This document shows positions 9,085 through 18,842 of a stretch of 64,000 bases of DNA, piece by piece (positions within the stretch are counted from its first letter, which is position 1; each line of letters starts with the position of its first letter). The position numbers and the translations under genes are program-made. The DNA is taken from assembly GCA_964468745.1 (NCBI GenBank), contig CAYXVY010000337.1, positions 5,390-69,389 on the forward strand, in the 5' to 3' direction. The DNA is from an uncultured Planctomycetales bacterium. GTDB lineage: Bacteria > Planctomycetota > MHYJ01 > JACPRB01. The notes under the pieces are model-generated. The model saw only the letters and a list, made by a program, of their open reading frames with translations, was not told the DNA's origin and did not search any database.

Positions 9085-10020
9085 GTGCTGTCGTTCGTCG
9101 TCCGGCGCCTGTTCGGCGGGGTCATCACGCTCTTCGTGATCGCCACGCTCTGCTTCACCATCACGCGGCTTGCGCCGGGGAGCCCGTTCTCCTCGGAGCG
9201 CACGATGCACCCCGAGATCATCAAGAACTTCGAGGTGTTCTACGGCCTCGACAGGCCCATCCTTGTGCAGTACGGACGCACGATGTGGGGCTACCTGAAG
9301 GGCGACTTCGGCCCGTCGATGCACTATCGCGATCGGACGTGCAACGACTACGTGTGGCCGGGATTCAGGACGTCGGTCATCCTCGGCACGCTGGCGGGGC
9401 TGCTGGCGCTCGCCATTGGGCTGCCCCTTGGGCTCGTGGGTGCCGCGTACCAGAATCGCGCGCCGGACTACGCCGCGATGACCTTGTCCGTGATGGGCAT
9501 CTGCGTGCCGAACTTCCTCCTCGGGCCGCTGCTGGTCCTGCTCTTCACGTTCGGGCTCGGCTGGTTGCCGTCGGCACGCTGGCCGGAAGACTGGTCGCTC
9601 TCGGAGCTGCGCAAGCTCATCATGCCTGCGATCACGCTGGTCATGGTGCACGTCGCGTACATCTCACGACTCGGGCGCGCGGGGATGCTCGACGTGATGA
9701 ACAAGGACTACATCCGCACGGCGCGCGCGAAGGGGCTGTCGGAGTGGGTTGTCTTCCTCAAGCACGGGCTCAAGAACGGCGTCACGCCGGTCGTCTCGTA
9801 CGCGGGGCCGATGTGGGCGCTGATCATCACGGGTTCGATCGTCGTCGAGTCGATCTTCGCGCTGCCGGGGCTGGGGACGCACTTCGTGAAGTCCGCCATG
9901 AACCGCGACATGAACCTCATCATGGCGTGCGTGATGGTGTACAGCACGATCGTGATCTGCATGAACTTCCTTGTTGACATCGCGTACGCGTATCTCGATC
10001 CGCGGGTGAGGTTGAGCTGA
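9085..10020 (+). CDS. oppB: Oligopeptide ABC permease
   Basis: DYIRTARAKGLSE EAA loop; GSIVVESIFALPGLG. Confidence 0.95.
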   Translation: MLSFVVRRLFGGVITLFVIATLCFTITRLAPGSPFSSERTMHPEIIKNFEVFYGLDRPILVQYGRTMWGYLKGDFGPSMHYRDRTCNDYVWPGFRTSVILGTLAGLLALAIGLPLGLVGAAYQNRAPDYAAMTLSVMGICVPNFLLGPLLVLLFTFGLGWLPSARWPEDWSLSELRKLIMPAITLVMVHVAYISRLGRAGMLDVMNKDYIRTARAKGLSEWVVFLKHGLKNGVTPVVSYAGPMWALIITGSIVVESIFALPGLGTHFVKSAMNRDMNLIMACVMVYSTIVICMNFLVDIAYAYLDPRVRLS

Positions 10021-10928
10021 TGAGCCCGAGATCCTCTTTCGTGATCGACCCCGACGCCGCGCTGGCCGCGCCCGTCGGCCGCTCTCCGTCCCAGATGGCG
10101 CTGCGGAGGTTCATGAAGAACCGCCGCGCGCTCGTTTGTTTCTTCCTGCTCAGCCTGATCGGCGGGGCGACGCTCCTGGTCCCGTGGGTCACGCCGCACG
10201 ACTACCGCGACCAGGACTGGGACTACACGGGGGGCGAGCCGAACGGCAAGTACTGGATGGGGACGGACACGCTGGGGCGCGATCTGATGTCGCGCGTCTT
10301 CCTCGGCGGGCGGATCTCATTCGCGGTCGGATTCCTCGCGACCGCGGTGAGCGTCGTCATCGGCATCCTCTATGGCTCGCTGAGCGCGTTTCTCGGCGGG
10401 CGCGCGGACAATCTGATGATGCGGTTCGTCGACGTGCTGTACGGGCTGCCGTACATGCTCATCATCATCATCGTCATGGCGTTCCTGAGGACGAAAGACA
10501 TCGTCATCGTGTTCTGCGTGCTGGGCCTGTTCGGCTGGCTGACGATGGCGCGGATCGTGCGCGGGCAGGTGCTCTCGCTGCGCGAGCGCGAGTTCGTCGA
10601 GGCGGCGCGGGCGCTGGGCGCAGGCACATGGCACATCATCTTCAAGCACATGATCCCGAACATCATGGGGCCGGTGATCGTCTACACGACGCTCTCCGTC
10701 CCCGCCATGATCCTCTCGGAGTCGTTCATCTCGTTCCTGGGCCTGGGGATTTCCGAGCCCGAGACATCGTGGGGCATGCTGATCAGCGAGGGGGCGCAGG
10801 CACTCGGCGGCGACAAGAGCTACTGGTGGCTGACGACGTTCCCCGGCGCGTGCCTGGCGATCACGCTGTTCTGTCTCAACTCGATCGGAGACGGCTTGAG
10901 AGACTCCTTTGATGTCCAGCAGCGTTAG
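10020..10928 (+). CDS. oppC: Oligopeptide ABC permease
   Basis: MGTDTLGRD, REFVEAARALGA, ESFISFLGLG motifs. Confidence 0.95.
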   Translation: MSPRSSFVIDPDAALAAPVGRSPSQMALRRFMKNRRALVCFFLLSLIGGATLLVPWVTPHDYRDQDWDYTGGEPNGKYWMGTDTLGRDLMSRVFLGGRISFAVGFLATAVSVVIGILYGSLSAFLGGRADNLMMRFVDVLYGLPYMLIIIIVMAFLRTKDIVIVFCVLGLFGWLTMARIVRGQVLSLREREFVEAARALGAGTWHIIFKHMIPNIMGPVIVYTTLSVPAMILSESFISFLGLGISEPETSWGMLISEGAQALGGDKSYWWLTTFPGACLAITLFCLNSIGDGLRDSFDVQQR

Positions 10929-12492
10929 GTTTGCGCTCGTCCTTCTGCTGCTTGTCGGCTGCGACAAGTCCGGCGCCGGGCTCCCGACGACAAGCGACCC
11001 GAGGATCCTCGAGGCGCGCAAGTTGCTCGCCGACGCGGGATTCCCGGAAGGCAAGGGGTTCCCGAAGCTCGAAGTCCTGCACAACGACGCCGACTGGCAC
11101 AAGAAGATCGCCGCCGCGATCCAGGAGATGTGGCGCAAGCAGCTCGGGATCCAGGTCGAGCTGCGCAGCGAGGAGTGGAAGGTGTTCCTCGCCAATCGCG
11201 GTGCCGGGAAGTTCCAGATCGCGCGCGGCGGATTCACCGGCGAGTATCGCGACCCGCACGCGTTCCTGCGTCTCTTCGCCAGCGACAGCGGATTCAACTC
11301 GACGAAGTGGTCGAGCCCGGAATTCGACCGGCTGCTGCTCGCGGCGAACGACGAGCTCGATCCGGCGAAGCGTTACGCAATGCTGGGGAAAGCGGAGCGG
11401 CTGCTCCTCGACGAGGCGCCGACGTTTCCCGTCTTCCACTATGTAGGCCACAACTGGATGCGTCCGTTCGTAAAGGGGGTGCAGCCGAACTACCGCGACA
11501 TGCATCCGATGCAGCACGTGTGGATGGATGGCGAGGGGACTCCGAAGGACGGCGTCCTCCTCTTCTTCGCCGGCGAGGAGGCCGGGACGCTGGACCCGGG
11601 ACTCTCTCACGACATGCGCGGCCTCAAGACCGCGATGGCGCTCTTCGAGGGACTCGTGCAATACGACCCGAAGGATGCGTCGCCGATGCCCGCTGTTGCC
11701 GAGCGCTGGGAGATTTCTCCCGACGGCCGCACCTACACCTTCCATCTGCGTGACGCGAAGTGGTCGAGCGGCGACGCGGTCACGTCGGAGGATTTCGTCT
11801 GGTCGTGGCGTCGCGTCATCGATCCCGCCACGGCGTCGCAGTACAAGGACCTGATGTACTACGTGAAGAACGGCCGCGCGATCGCGAACAAGGAGAAGCC
11901 GAAGGAGGAGCTCGGCATCCGCGCGCCGGACGCGAAGACGGTCGTCGTCGAGCTGGAGCGTCCGACGCCGTACTTCCTGTCGGTGCTGTGCCTCAACGTC
12001 TTCTTTCCCGTGCATCGAGCGACGGTCGAGAAGCACGGCAAGGACTGGACGCGCGTGGAGAACATCGTCAATAACGGGCCGTTCCGCATTACGGCGTGGA
12101 GGATCAACGACCGGCAGGTGTTCGAGGCGAATCCCGCCTATCGCGCCGCGGGCGACGTGAAGCTGAAGAAGTTCGTGTGGCTCACGGGGAGCAACTTCTC
12201 GACCGCGTGGAACCAGTACATCGCGGGTGAATGTCATTGGACCTATCAGTCGCCGAACGAGCTGCTCGAGGAGGCCGTCAAGCGGCCGGATCACCAGGCG
12301 GCGCCCTACAACGCGAGCTACTTCTACGTGTTCAACGTGACGGTCAAGCCGCTCGACGACGTGCGCGTGCGTCGTGCGCTCTCGCTGGCCGTCGATCGCG
12401 ACGTGATCACGAAGCACGTGGTGAAGGGGGGCGAGACTCCCGCCGATCGCATCACGCCGAAGTCTCTGTATCCCGAGTACGAAGTGAAATGA
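10912..12492 (+). CDS. oppA: Second circularly permuted oligopeptide-binding lipoprotein
   Basis: Lipobox LVG-C, then EARKLLADAGF..RGGFTGEY.. first; EAGTLDP..FEGLV..KWSSG..VRRALSLAVDR after residue ~208. Confidence 0.9.
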   Translation: MSSSVRFALVLLLLVGCDKSGAGLPTTSDPRILEARKLLADAGFPEGKGFPKLEVLHNDADWHKKIAAAIQEMWRKQLGIQVELRSEEWKVFLANRGAGKFQIARGGFTGEYRDPHAFLRLFASDSGFNSTKWSSPEFDRLLLAANDELDPAKRYAMLGKAERLLLDEAPTFPVFHYVGHNWMRPFVKGVQPNYRDMHPMQHVWMDGEGTPKDGVLLFFAGEEAGTLDPGLSHDMRGLKTAMALFEGLVQYDPKDASPMPAVAERWEISPDGRTYTFHLRDAKWSSGDAVTSEDFVWSWRRVIDPATASQYKDLMYYVKNGRAIANKEKPKEELGIRAPDAKTVVVELERPTPYFLSVLCLNVFFPVHRATVEKHGKDWTRVENIVNNGPFRITAWRINDRQVFEANPAYRAAGDVKLKKFVWLTGSNFSTAWNQYIAGECHWTYQSPNELLEEAVKRPDHQAAPYNASYFYVFNVTVKPLDDVRVRRALSLAVDRDVITKHVVKGGETPADRITPKSLYPEYEVK

Positions 12493-12519
12493 GCCGCGGG
12501 CGGAGCGAGGATCGAACCG

Positions 12520-14232
12520 CTACTTCTCGAGTCGCACGTTCTGCAGCAGGATCCGCCCCATGGGATTCAGCGATAGCTTCACGTTGGACTTCGCGACGAT
12601 GAAGTCGCCCCCCGTGTGCAGCGGCACAATCGCGCCCCCTTCGGCGAGGAGCGACGCCTCCGCGCGCGCGAGGAGATTGAGCCGGGCCGCCGCGTTTGAC
12701 TCACGGCCGGCCTCGGCGAGCAGTTTCCCTGCATCGCCGGTCGCGAAGGGCGCCAGGAAGGCGGCGGGATCGAACGTCGGGCCGCTCCAGACGCCGTACG
12801 CGAGATCGTAGTCCGCGGCGTCGAGCGCCTCGCGATACGCCGGCCACTCGCGCAGGTCGAGCCGGATTGCAATGCCGAGGTCCTTCTCCAGCTGCTCTTT
12901 CATCGCGATCACGACACTCTGATGCGATTTCGGGCCGAGAAAATTGAGCCGAGGGAACTTCGTGAGATCGGGCTGCTCGGCGAGGAGATGACGGATCGCA
13001 GCGGTGATGTCCTGGACCGGAGCGGACGCGCCGACGTACCCGGGGCACCCCGGCGGAACGAGGCCGACTGCCGCTTCACATCCCGTACCGGCCTGCTTCA
13101 ATACCCTCGACCGGTCAATCGCGAGGGCGATGGCCGCGCGGATCTTGCTCGACGCGCACGGCCCTTTCGCTGCGTTCAGACTCAGATGCCACATCGTGAA
13201 CGTCGCGAACGGCCGCACGTCCCCCTTGCGGACGAGCTCGGGCACGCTCTCGGGCGGGACGAGATCGCGATCGATCCACTGCACCTGTCCTCGCGCGAAC
13301 GCTTCCAGCGCGCCCGCGATGTGAGCGCCGAGGACCAAGGTCACACGTTCCGGACCCGCCGGTCCCGCGCGCAGGAGCGTCAGCTCGTCTCGTGTCCACT
13401 TCTCAACCCGGTACGCGCCGTTCGTGGCGATGTTCTGCGGATGCGTCCATTGATCGAGCTTGCGCTCGACGATTTGCGCCGGCACCGGAAGAAAGGCGGG
13501 CCCGGCAAGCTCCTCGAGAAGGGTCGGGGACGTCGCCGCGAGCGTCACGCGCAGCGTCCGCGCATCGACCGCTTCCGCGCCGATCGCGCGCTCGTCCAGG
13601 TCGGGTCGCGTCGCAGCTTTCGCGGCCTCGTCGAGTGCGGCGCGGACGGCCGTCTCCCGTTCCGCCTCCGCCAGACCGCGGATGGCATTTGCATGCCGTT
13701 GGGTCGCGCGATCCTTCCAGCGGTTGGCGATCGCGAGACGTTCCGAGGCAGGCTGCGAATCGAACGTGAGCAGCTCCTGGTCGAGGCGCCGGTCTTCCCA
13801 GAACGCCAGGGCGCCGCGCACGGGCGCAAAAGCGAAGACCGTGGCGCTGCCGGTCTCCGGTCGAAGCACGCGACGCCAGGCGTAGACGAAATCGCCCGCC
13901 GTCACCGGCGCGCCGTCGGACCACTTCACGTCGCGCAGATGAAACGTCCACGTGAGGCCGTCCTGGGAAGTTTCCCAGCGCTCGGCCGCGCCCGCGATGA
14001 CGGACGTTCCGTCCGGTCCGAAGGTCGTGAGTCCCGTGAAGAGCGAGAGCGCGAGGCGGGTCGTAACGATACCGGCCCCCGCGTGCGCGGGATCGAGCGA
14101 GCGGGGCGTGCCCCAGGCGACGCGAAGCTCGTTCGACGCCGGGTCCCTGTCCTGAGCGAGCGCAGGCGAGTCGAAGGATTGCAGGAGGACGAGCAGGGCA
14201 AGCGTCGCGAATCTCATGTCTCTTATGGACAA
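12520..14232 (-). CDS. Peptide ABC substrate-binding protein, canonical domain order, with a helical insertion
   Basis: PRSLDP..LFTGLT..WSDGAPVTAGDF..IRAAIALAIDR..DYDLAYGVW; extra ~70-aa segment after the VRGA region. Confidence 0.85.
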   Translation of the reverse strand: MSIRDMRFATLALLVLLQSFDSPALAQDRDPASNELRVAWGTPRSLDPAHAGAGIVTTRLALSLFTGLTTFGPDGTSVIAGAAERWETSQDGLTWTFHLRDVKWSDGAPVTAGDFVYAWRRVLRPETGSATVFAFAPVRGALAFWEDRRLDQELLTFDSQPASERLAIANRWKDRATQRHANAIRGLAEAERETAVRAALDEAAKAATRPDLDERAIGAEAVDARTLRVTLAATSPTLLEELAGPAFLPVPAQIVERKLDQWTHPQNIATNGAYRVEKWTRDELTLLRAGPAGPERVTLVLGAHIAGALEAFARGQVQWIDRDLVPPESVPELVRKGDVRPFATFTMWHLSLNAAKGPCASSKIRAAIALAIDRSRVLKQAGTGCEAAVGLVPPGCPGYVGASAPVQDITAAIRHLLAEQPDLTKFPRLNFLGPKSHQSVVIAMKEQLEKDLGIAIRLDLREWPAYREALDAADYDLAYGVWSGPTFDPAAFLAPFATGDAGKLLAEAGRESNAAARLNLLARAEASLLAEGGAIVPLHTGGDFIVAKSNVKLSLNPMGRILLQNVRLEK

Positions 14233-15725
14233 TCAAGGGTGACTGGAAGTTTTCCGAGGAACGGGATCTCGCCGCAGAGAGAGCGCGCGGCGGCCACCTG
14301 GAGGCACGGAGCCTCGCCGTAGGCGCAGACATAGGCGGCGGCGCCGGGGATCTGGCCGATGACGTACGGATTTCCGAACGACACGACGACGAGCTTCGAG
14401 ATGGGACCCAGCGAGAGGCGCGCATCCTCGATGAGCCGCGTGTCCGCCTCGGTGCGGCCCGAAAATGAGCGGTACTTGGAGAAGATCGCGAGCACACCGA
14501 CGTGCGAATCCCCCTGGAGGCGACCTCGATCGGCGAGCGCCTTCTCGAACAGGGTCAGGTCCCCGCGCGCGCTGTCGTCGCGCATCGCCGCGTAGCGCAC
14601 GCCCTGCGCGAGAGGCAACGTCTTCGAGCGGTCGAACGCGAGCGTGATGGCGGCTTCGGCGATGCGCTTGGCCGCGTCGCGGTGCTCCACGGAGTCGACG
14701 ACACCTTCGGCGGCGGCCACGTCCACCGTCGGCGAAGCGATGACCCCTGCCTTGCATTTCGCGGCCCATATTCGCTCGATCGCCGCATCGAGCGTCTGCT
14801 CCGGGAGCCGGCCGCTCTGGACCGCCTTCGTCACGGCGTCGATCGCCTCCCACGGACCTTCCGGATAGAGCGCGATGTCCGCTCCCGCCTCCAGGGCGCG
14901 GATCACGGGCTCTTGCGGATTCGCGAGATTGCGCACGGCTCCCATCATGAGCGCGTCGGTGACGATGAGTCCGTCGAACTTCATCTCTCGGCGCAAGAGA
15001 TCGGTCGTCACCGCGCGCGACAGCGATGCAGGGCGCTCGCGGTCGAACGCCTCCACGAGGAGATGCGCGGTCATCACGGCGTCTGCTTCGGCGAGGGCCT
15101 CCTGGAAGGGCCGCAGCTCGCGGGCCCGCAGCGTCGCCGCGTCGGCGCTCACGCGAGGCAGCACGAGGTGCGAGTCCTGCGTCACGTCGCCGTGCCCGGG
15201 AAAGTGCTTGAGGCACGAGAGGCCGCCGCCCTCGCGCACGCCTCGGGCGAAGGCCGCGGCGAGGCGACCCGCCAGCGCCGGATCCTCGCCGAACGAGCGC
15301 ACGTTGATGATCGGATTCTTCGGGTTCGACTGGACGTCGGCGACGGGCGCGAGAATCCACGGCACACCGAGAGAGCGCGCTTCGCGTGCGGTGACGCGTC
15401 CCTTGAGGTTCGCCAGATCGGCGGAGGTGGTCGCGCCCACGGCCATGTTCGTCGGGAGCGCGGTCGCTCCGCGCACCTGGTAGCCGACGCCGTGCTCGTG
15501 ATCGGCGCAGATGAGCAGCGGAACGCGCGCGACGTTTTGCAGGGAATTGACGGTCGGGGGGATATCGAAGACCGATCCGCCGAAGAAGCAGACTCCGCCG
15601 ATGCCGGCGCGCGCGAGGCGGCCGAGATCTTCGTAGTCGGGCTTGTCGAACCGGAGGTCGACGAAGAGGACCTGGGCGGCCTTCTCGCGCAGCGAGAGCG
15701 ACGGCGGGCGCGTCGAGGCGATCAC
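14223..15725 (-). CDS. nagZ: GH3 beta-N-acetylhexosaminidase
   Basis: ADHEHG, KHFPGHG, VTDALMMGA motifs plus a C-terminal GH3 domain. Confidence 0.88.
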   Translation of the reverse strand: MIASTRPPSLSLREKAAQVLFVDLRFDKPDYEDLGRLARAGIGGVCFFGGSVFDIPPTVNSLQNVARVPLLICADHEHGVGYQVRGATALPTNMAVGATTSADLANLKGRVTAREARSLGVPWILAPVADVQSNPKNPIINVRSFGEDPALAGRLAAAFARGVREGGGLSCLKHFPGHGDVTQDSHLVLPRVSADAATLRARELRPFQEALAEADAVMTAHLLVEAFDRERPASLSRAVTTDLLRREMKFDGLIVTDALMMGAVRNLANPQEPVIRALEAGADIALYPEGPWEAIDAVTKAVQSGRLPEQTLDAAIERIWAAKCKAGVIASPTVDVAAAEGVVDSVEHRDAAKRIAEAAITLAFDRSKTLPLAQGVRYAAMRDDSARGDLTLFEKALADRGRLQGDSHVGVLAIFSKYRSFSGRTEADTRLIEDARLSLGPISKLVVVSFGNPYVIGQIPGAAAYVCAYGEAPCLQVAAARSLCGEIPFLGKLPVTLDCP

Positions 15726-15816
15726 GGGGACGTTCTAGCACAAACTCGGATATGGAGATGCTGCCATAGGAAATGGGTTGACGAATCCGCGCGGAATTCT
15801 ACTATTCCGTTCAGGG

Positions 15817-16992
15817 ATGGTGGATGCGAAGTCCCTGGTCAACCAGGGTAACGATCACGCCAAGCGTGGAGACGCGGCGGCGGCCATTGCGGCCTACAGC
15901 GAGGCGATCGGTATCGACGGCTCGCTCGCGAGCGCCTGGTACAACCGCGGCGTGACCCGAGCGGCCCGCGGCGAGCACGACGGCGCGATCGGGGACCTCT
16001 CGCAGGCGATCCTGCTCGCGCCGCAGCGTTCCGACGCGTTGCACCATCGCGGAAACTCTCGCACCGCCGCGGGCGACCTTCACGGTGCCATCGAAGACTT
16101 CTCCGAGGTCGTGCGGCTCGATCCGAAGGCGGCCCAGGCGTGGTCGAATCGCGCGCTCGCGAAGATCCGCCTCGGCATCGTAGATGGCGCCATCGAGGAT
16201 CTCAGCGAGGCGATCCGCCTGCGCCCTGACGCGACGTCGCTGACGAACCGCGGGCAGCTGTTCAATCAGAAGGCCGATTTCAAGGCGGCGTATGCCGACT
16301 TCGACGCGGCGGTGAAACTGGACGCGAAGAATTTCAAGGCGTGGTATTACCGCGGCTTCATCCGCATGAAGGCGCATGATCCGGGGGCCCTGGAGGACTT
16401 TGCGCGCGCGATCGCCGGCAATCCGAAGTACTTCGAGGCGTACTGGCATCGCGCACTCACGCGCATGCAGCACGAGGAGTTCGAAGGCGCCGTCGAAGAC
16501 TTTACGCAGGCGCTCTCGCTGCGCCCGAACGAGTACAAGGTGTTCTACCACAGGGCGATTGCGCGCGAGGGACAGGGCGACTTCGACGGTGTCGTTCAGG
16601 ACTACACGTCGTACCTGTATATGGAGCCCGGCAAGCTCGAGGCGCTGCAAGGGCGCGGCCGCGCCCGGCTCGCGAAAGGGGATGTCGACGCCGCGATCGC
16701 GGATTTCACCGAAGCGGTGCGCCGGGCGCCGTACATGCCCGAGACGTACGCCGAACGCGCCGACGCGCGCCTCAAGAAGGGGGACCTCAACGGGGCGCGC
16801 CAGGACTACGACGAGGCGCTGAAGATCAATCCGAACAACGGCGCGTGGCGCGCCGCGCGCGCGAGCGTGCAGTCGGCGAGCGGGAACCGCGCCGCGGTCG
16901 TGGAGGATCTCGACCGCATGTTCGGCTTCTCGATCAAGGATAAGGTCGAACAGGCGATCAAGGAACTCAGGGCGAAGGGGCAAACGCAGTAG
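15817..16992 (+). CDS. TPR-repeat protein (about 10-11 repeats)
   Basis: 34-aa repeats A(W/Y)xNRG....G....AI.D(F/Y)..AI.L.P; start at ATG 15817 or 15778. Confidence 0.9.
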   Translation: MVDAKSLVNQGNDHAKRGDAAAAIAAYSEAIGIDGSLASAWYNRGVTRAARGEHDGAIGDLSQAILLAPQRSDALHHRGNSRTAAGDLHGAIEDFSEVVRLDPKAAQAWSNRALAKIRLGIVDGAIEDLSEAIRLRPDATSLTNRGQLFNQKADFKAAYADFDAAVKLDAKNFKAWYYRGFIRMKAHDPGALEDFARAIAGNPKYFEAYWHRALTRMQHEEFEGAVEDFTQALSLRPNEYKVFYHRAIAREGQGDFDGVVQDYTSYLYMEPGKLEALQGRGRARLAKGDVDAAIADFTEAVRRAPYMPETYAERADARLKKGDLNGARQDYDEALKINPNNGAWRAARASVQSASGNRAAVVEDLDRMFGFSIKDKVEQAIKELRAKGQTQ

Positions 16993-17039
16993 GTCCCGCG
17001 TCGACGGACTGGGCGGCCGAGCCCGATCTGCGAAGCAGC

Positions 17040-18134
17040 CTACCGATTTGCCGGCACGATCTTCCCCGCGACGACCGCGCGTCGCGCTCCCGTCGCCCAC
17101 GGCGCCGTGTTCGGCCGGCCGCGCACGGCCTGCGCCGCGAGGAGCGCGAACGCCGCCGCCTCTTTTGCCATCGGGTCGATTCCGTACACGGAGAGCGGCC
17201 GCACCGGCGCCGGAAAGGTCAGCCAGTCGAGGTGCTTGACGAGCGCGGGATTGAGCGCGCCGCCGCCGGAAATCACCACCTCATCGATCGGCACGGTGAC
17301 GAATCGCGCGTACGCGTCGGCGATCGTGCGCGCCGTGAAGAACGTGAGCGTCGCGATGGCGTCGGCGGGTCGGCGCGCCAGCACGCGTCCGGCGCGCTTC
17401 ACGAGGAAGTCGCGCGAGAAGAGCTCCCGTCCCGTCGACTTGGGCGGCCGTTTCGCGAAGTACGGGTGATCGAGCAGGCGTTTCAGCAGGCTTTCGTCGA
17501 GCTGTCCCGAAAGTGCGATCTTTCCGCCGCGATCGTACTGCTGCCGTCCGTGCGTGACGATGTGAACCGCGTCGTCGATAAGCGCGTTGCCGGGGCCCGT
17601 GTCGAACGCGACGGGCTTCGCGCCGCCGCCCACGACCGTGACGTTCGCGATGCCGCCGATGTTCTGGAGCGCGCGCACATGCGGCGAGGCGCCGAAGAGA
17701 AAGTCGTCGAAGAACGGGACGAGGGGGGCGCCCTGGCCTCCGGCGGCGATGTCGCGCGGCCGGAAGTCCGCGACGACGGTGACGCCCGTCCGTTCCGCGA
17801 TGATCGACGGCTCGCCGAGCTGGAGCGTGTGTCTCCCCGGCTCGTGCCAGACCGTCTGACCGTGGGATCCGATGACGTGGACACGATGGCCCTTCGCCAC
17901 AAGCAAGGCCGCCCGTGCGAACCGCTCGCCGATCCACGCGTTCGCGGCGCTGAGCTCGGCTGTCGTCGCGTGTGCGAGCGCCAGCATGCGACGGCGATCC
18001 GGCGGCGAATAGGGAAACGTCCGATGCGCAAGGACGCGCATAAAGCGCCCGGGACCCACGTGCGTCAAGGCCGCCGTCACGCCGTCCGCCGATGTGCCCG
18101 ACATCAGGCCGAGAGCGACGATCGAATCGTTCAC
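17040..18134 (-). CDS. anmK: Anhydro-N-acetylmuramic acid kinase
   Basis: GLMSGTSADG, DFRPRDIAAGGQGAPLVP, NIGGIAN, DTGPGN. Confidence 0.96.
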   Translation of the reverse strand: MNDSIVALGLMSGTSADGVTAALTHVGPGRFMRVLAHRTFPYSPPDRRRMLALAHATTAELSAANAWIGERFARAALLVAKGHRVHVIGSHGQTVWHEPGRHTLQLGEPSIIAERTGVTVVADFRPRDIAAGGQGAPLVPFFDDFLFGASPHVRALQNIGGIANVTVVGGGAKPVAFDTGPGNALIDDAVHIVTHGRQQYDRGGKIALSGQLDESLLKRLLDHPYFAKRPPKSTGRELFSRDFLVKRAGRVLARRPADAIATLTFFTARTIADAYARFVTVPIDEVVISGGGALNPALVKHLDWLTFPAPVRPLSVYGIDPMAKEAAAFALLAAQAVRGRPNTAPWATGARRAVVAGKIVPANR

Positions 18135-18147
18135 CAGGGCGGGGATT

Positions 18148-18795
18148 CTACTCTATGCCGAGCTTTTCTTTCACGTCGTCGGGAAGCTTGCACTGTGCCT
18201 TGTTGAATTCGCTGAACTCGATGACGACGGATCCGCTCTTTCCAACCGCTTCGAATTTCTGTTCGGCGCGATAAAAGAGGTCGTCGCGACCGACGGCGAA
18301 CTGCATCGCGTTCTTCGCTTTCGTCCAATCGATGAGGCTCGCGAGCAGGGGAATGCCTCCCCCTTCGGCGGCCTTTTTCGCTTCGTCGGCGCCCGGCAGT
18401 CCGACGTAGATGTCCACGGTCGTCTGCCCGATCTTGTCGGACTTTTCACGCTTCACCAGGCCGCAGCTGTCGCTCATCTTCTTCGCCCACTCGTGCGGCA
18501 TCGTCATGTCGTCGTTGTCCTTGTCGCGCTTCTTGGGCGGCTCCTTCCATTCGTCGCCGCTCTTGAGCAGCTTTTTGTCCCCCTTGCGGGCGACTTCGAG
18601 CTTGTCCATTCGGATGTGTACGGCGTCGCTGGCGAGCATCTCGCCGTCCATCGAGAGTTTCGTTTCGCCGGCGAAGTCGATCTTGAGCGTGAAGTGGTAC
18701 GTCTTCAGCTTCGCCATGTTCTCGTTCACCGGCTTCAGGTCCTTCTTCTGATCCTGAAGAACGAGCAGGGCGAGGGCAGCGATCACGAGTCTCAT
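18148..18795 (-). CDS. Secreted hypothetical protein (possibly LolA/LppX-like beta fold)
   Basis: Signal MRLVIAALALLVL-QD; Lys-rich beta-strand pattern. Confidence 0.7.
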   Translation of the reverse strand: MRLVIAALALLVLQDQKKDLKPVNENMAKLKTYHFTLKIDFAGETKLSMDGEMLASDAVHIRMDKLEVARKGDKKLLKSGDEWKEPPKKRDKDNDDMTMPHEWAKKMSDSCGLVKREKSDKIGQTTVDIYVGLPGADEAKKAAEGGGIPLLASLIDWTKAKNAMQFAVGRDDLFYRAEQKFEAVGKSGSVVIEFSEFNKAQCKLPDDVKEKLGIE

Positions 18796-18842
18796 TCCAG
18801 TATCGCCTTAAGAAAACCGACTAACTATACTACCGCACTTCG

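Noticed and set aside
6903-12417. Long minus-strand ORFs (6903..9224, 10876..12417)
   Set aside because: Antisense shadows of high-GC opp genes; no motifs.
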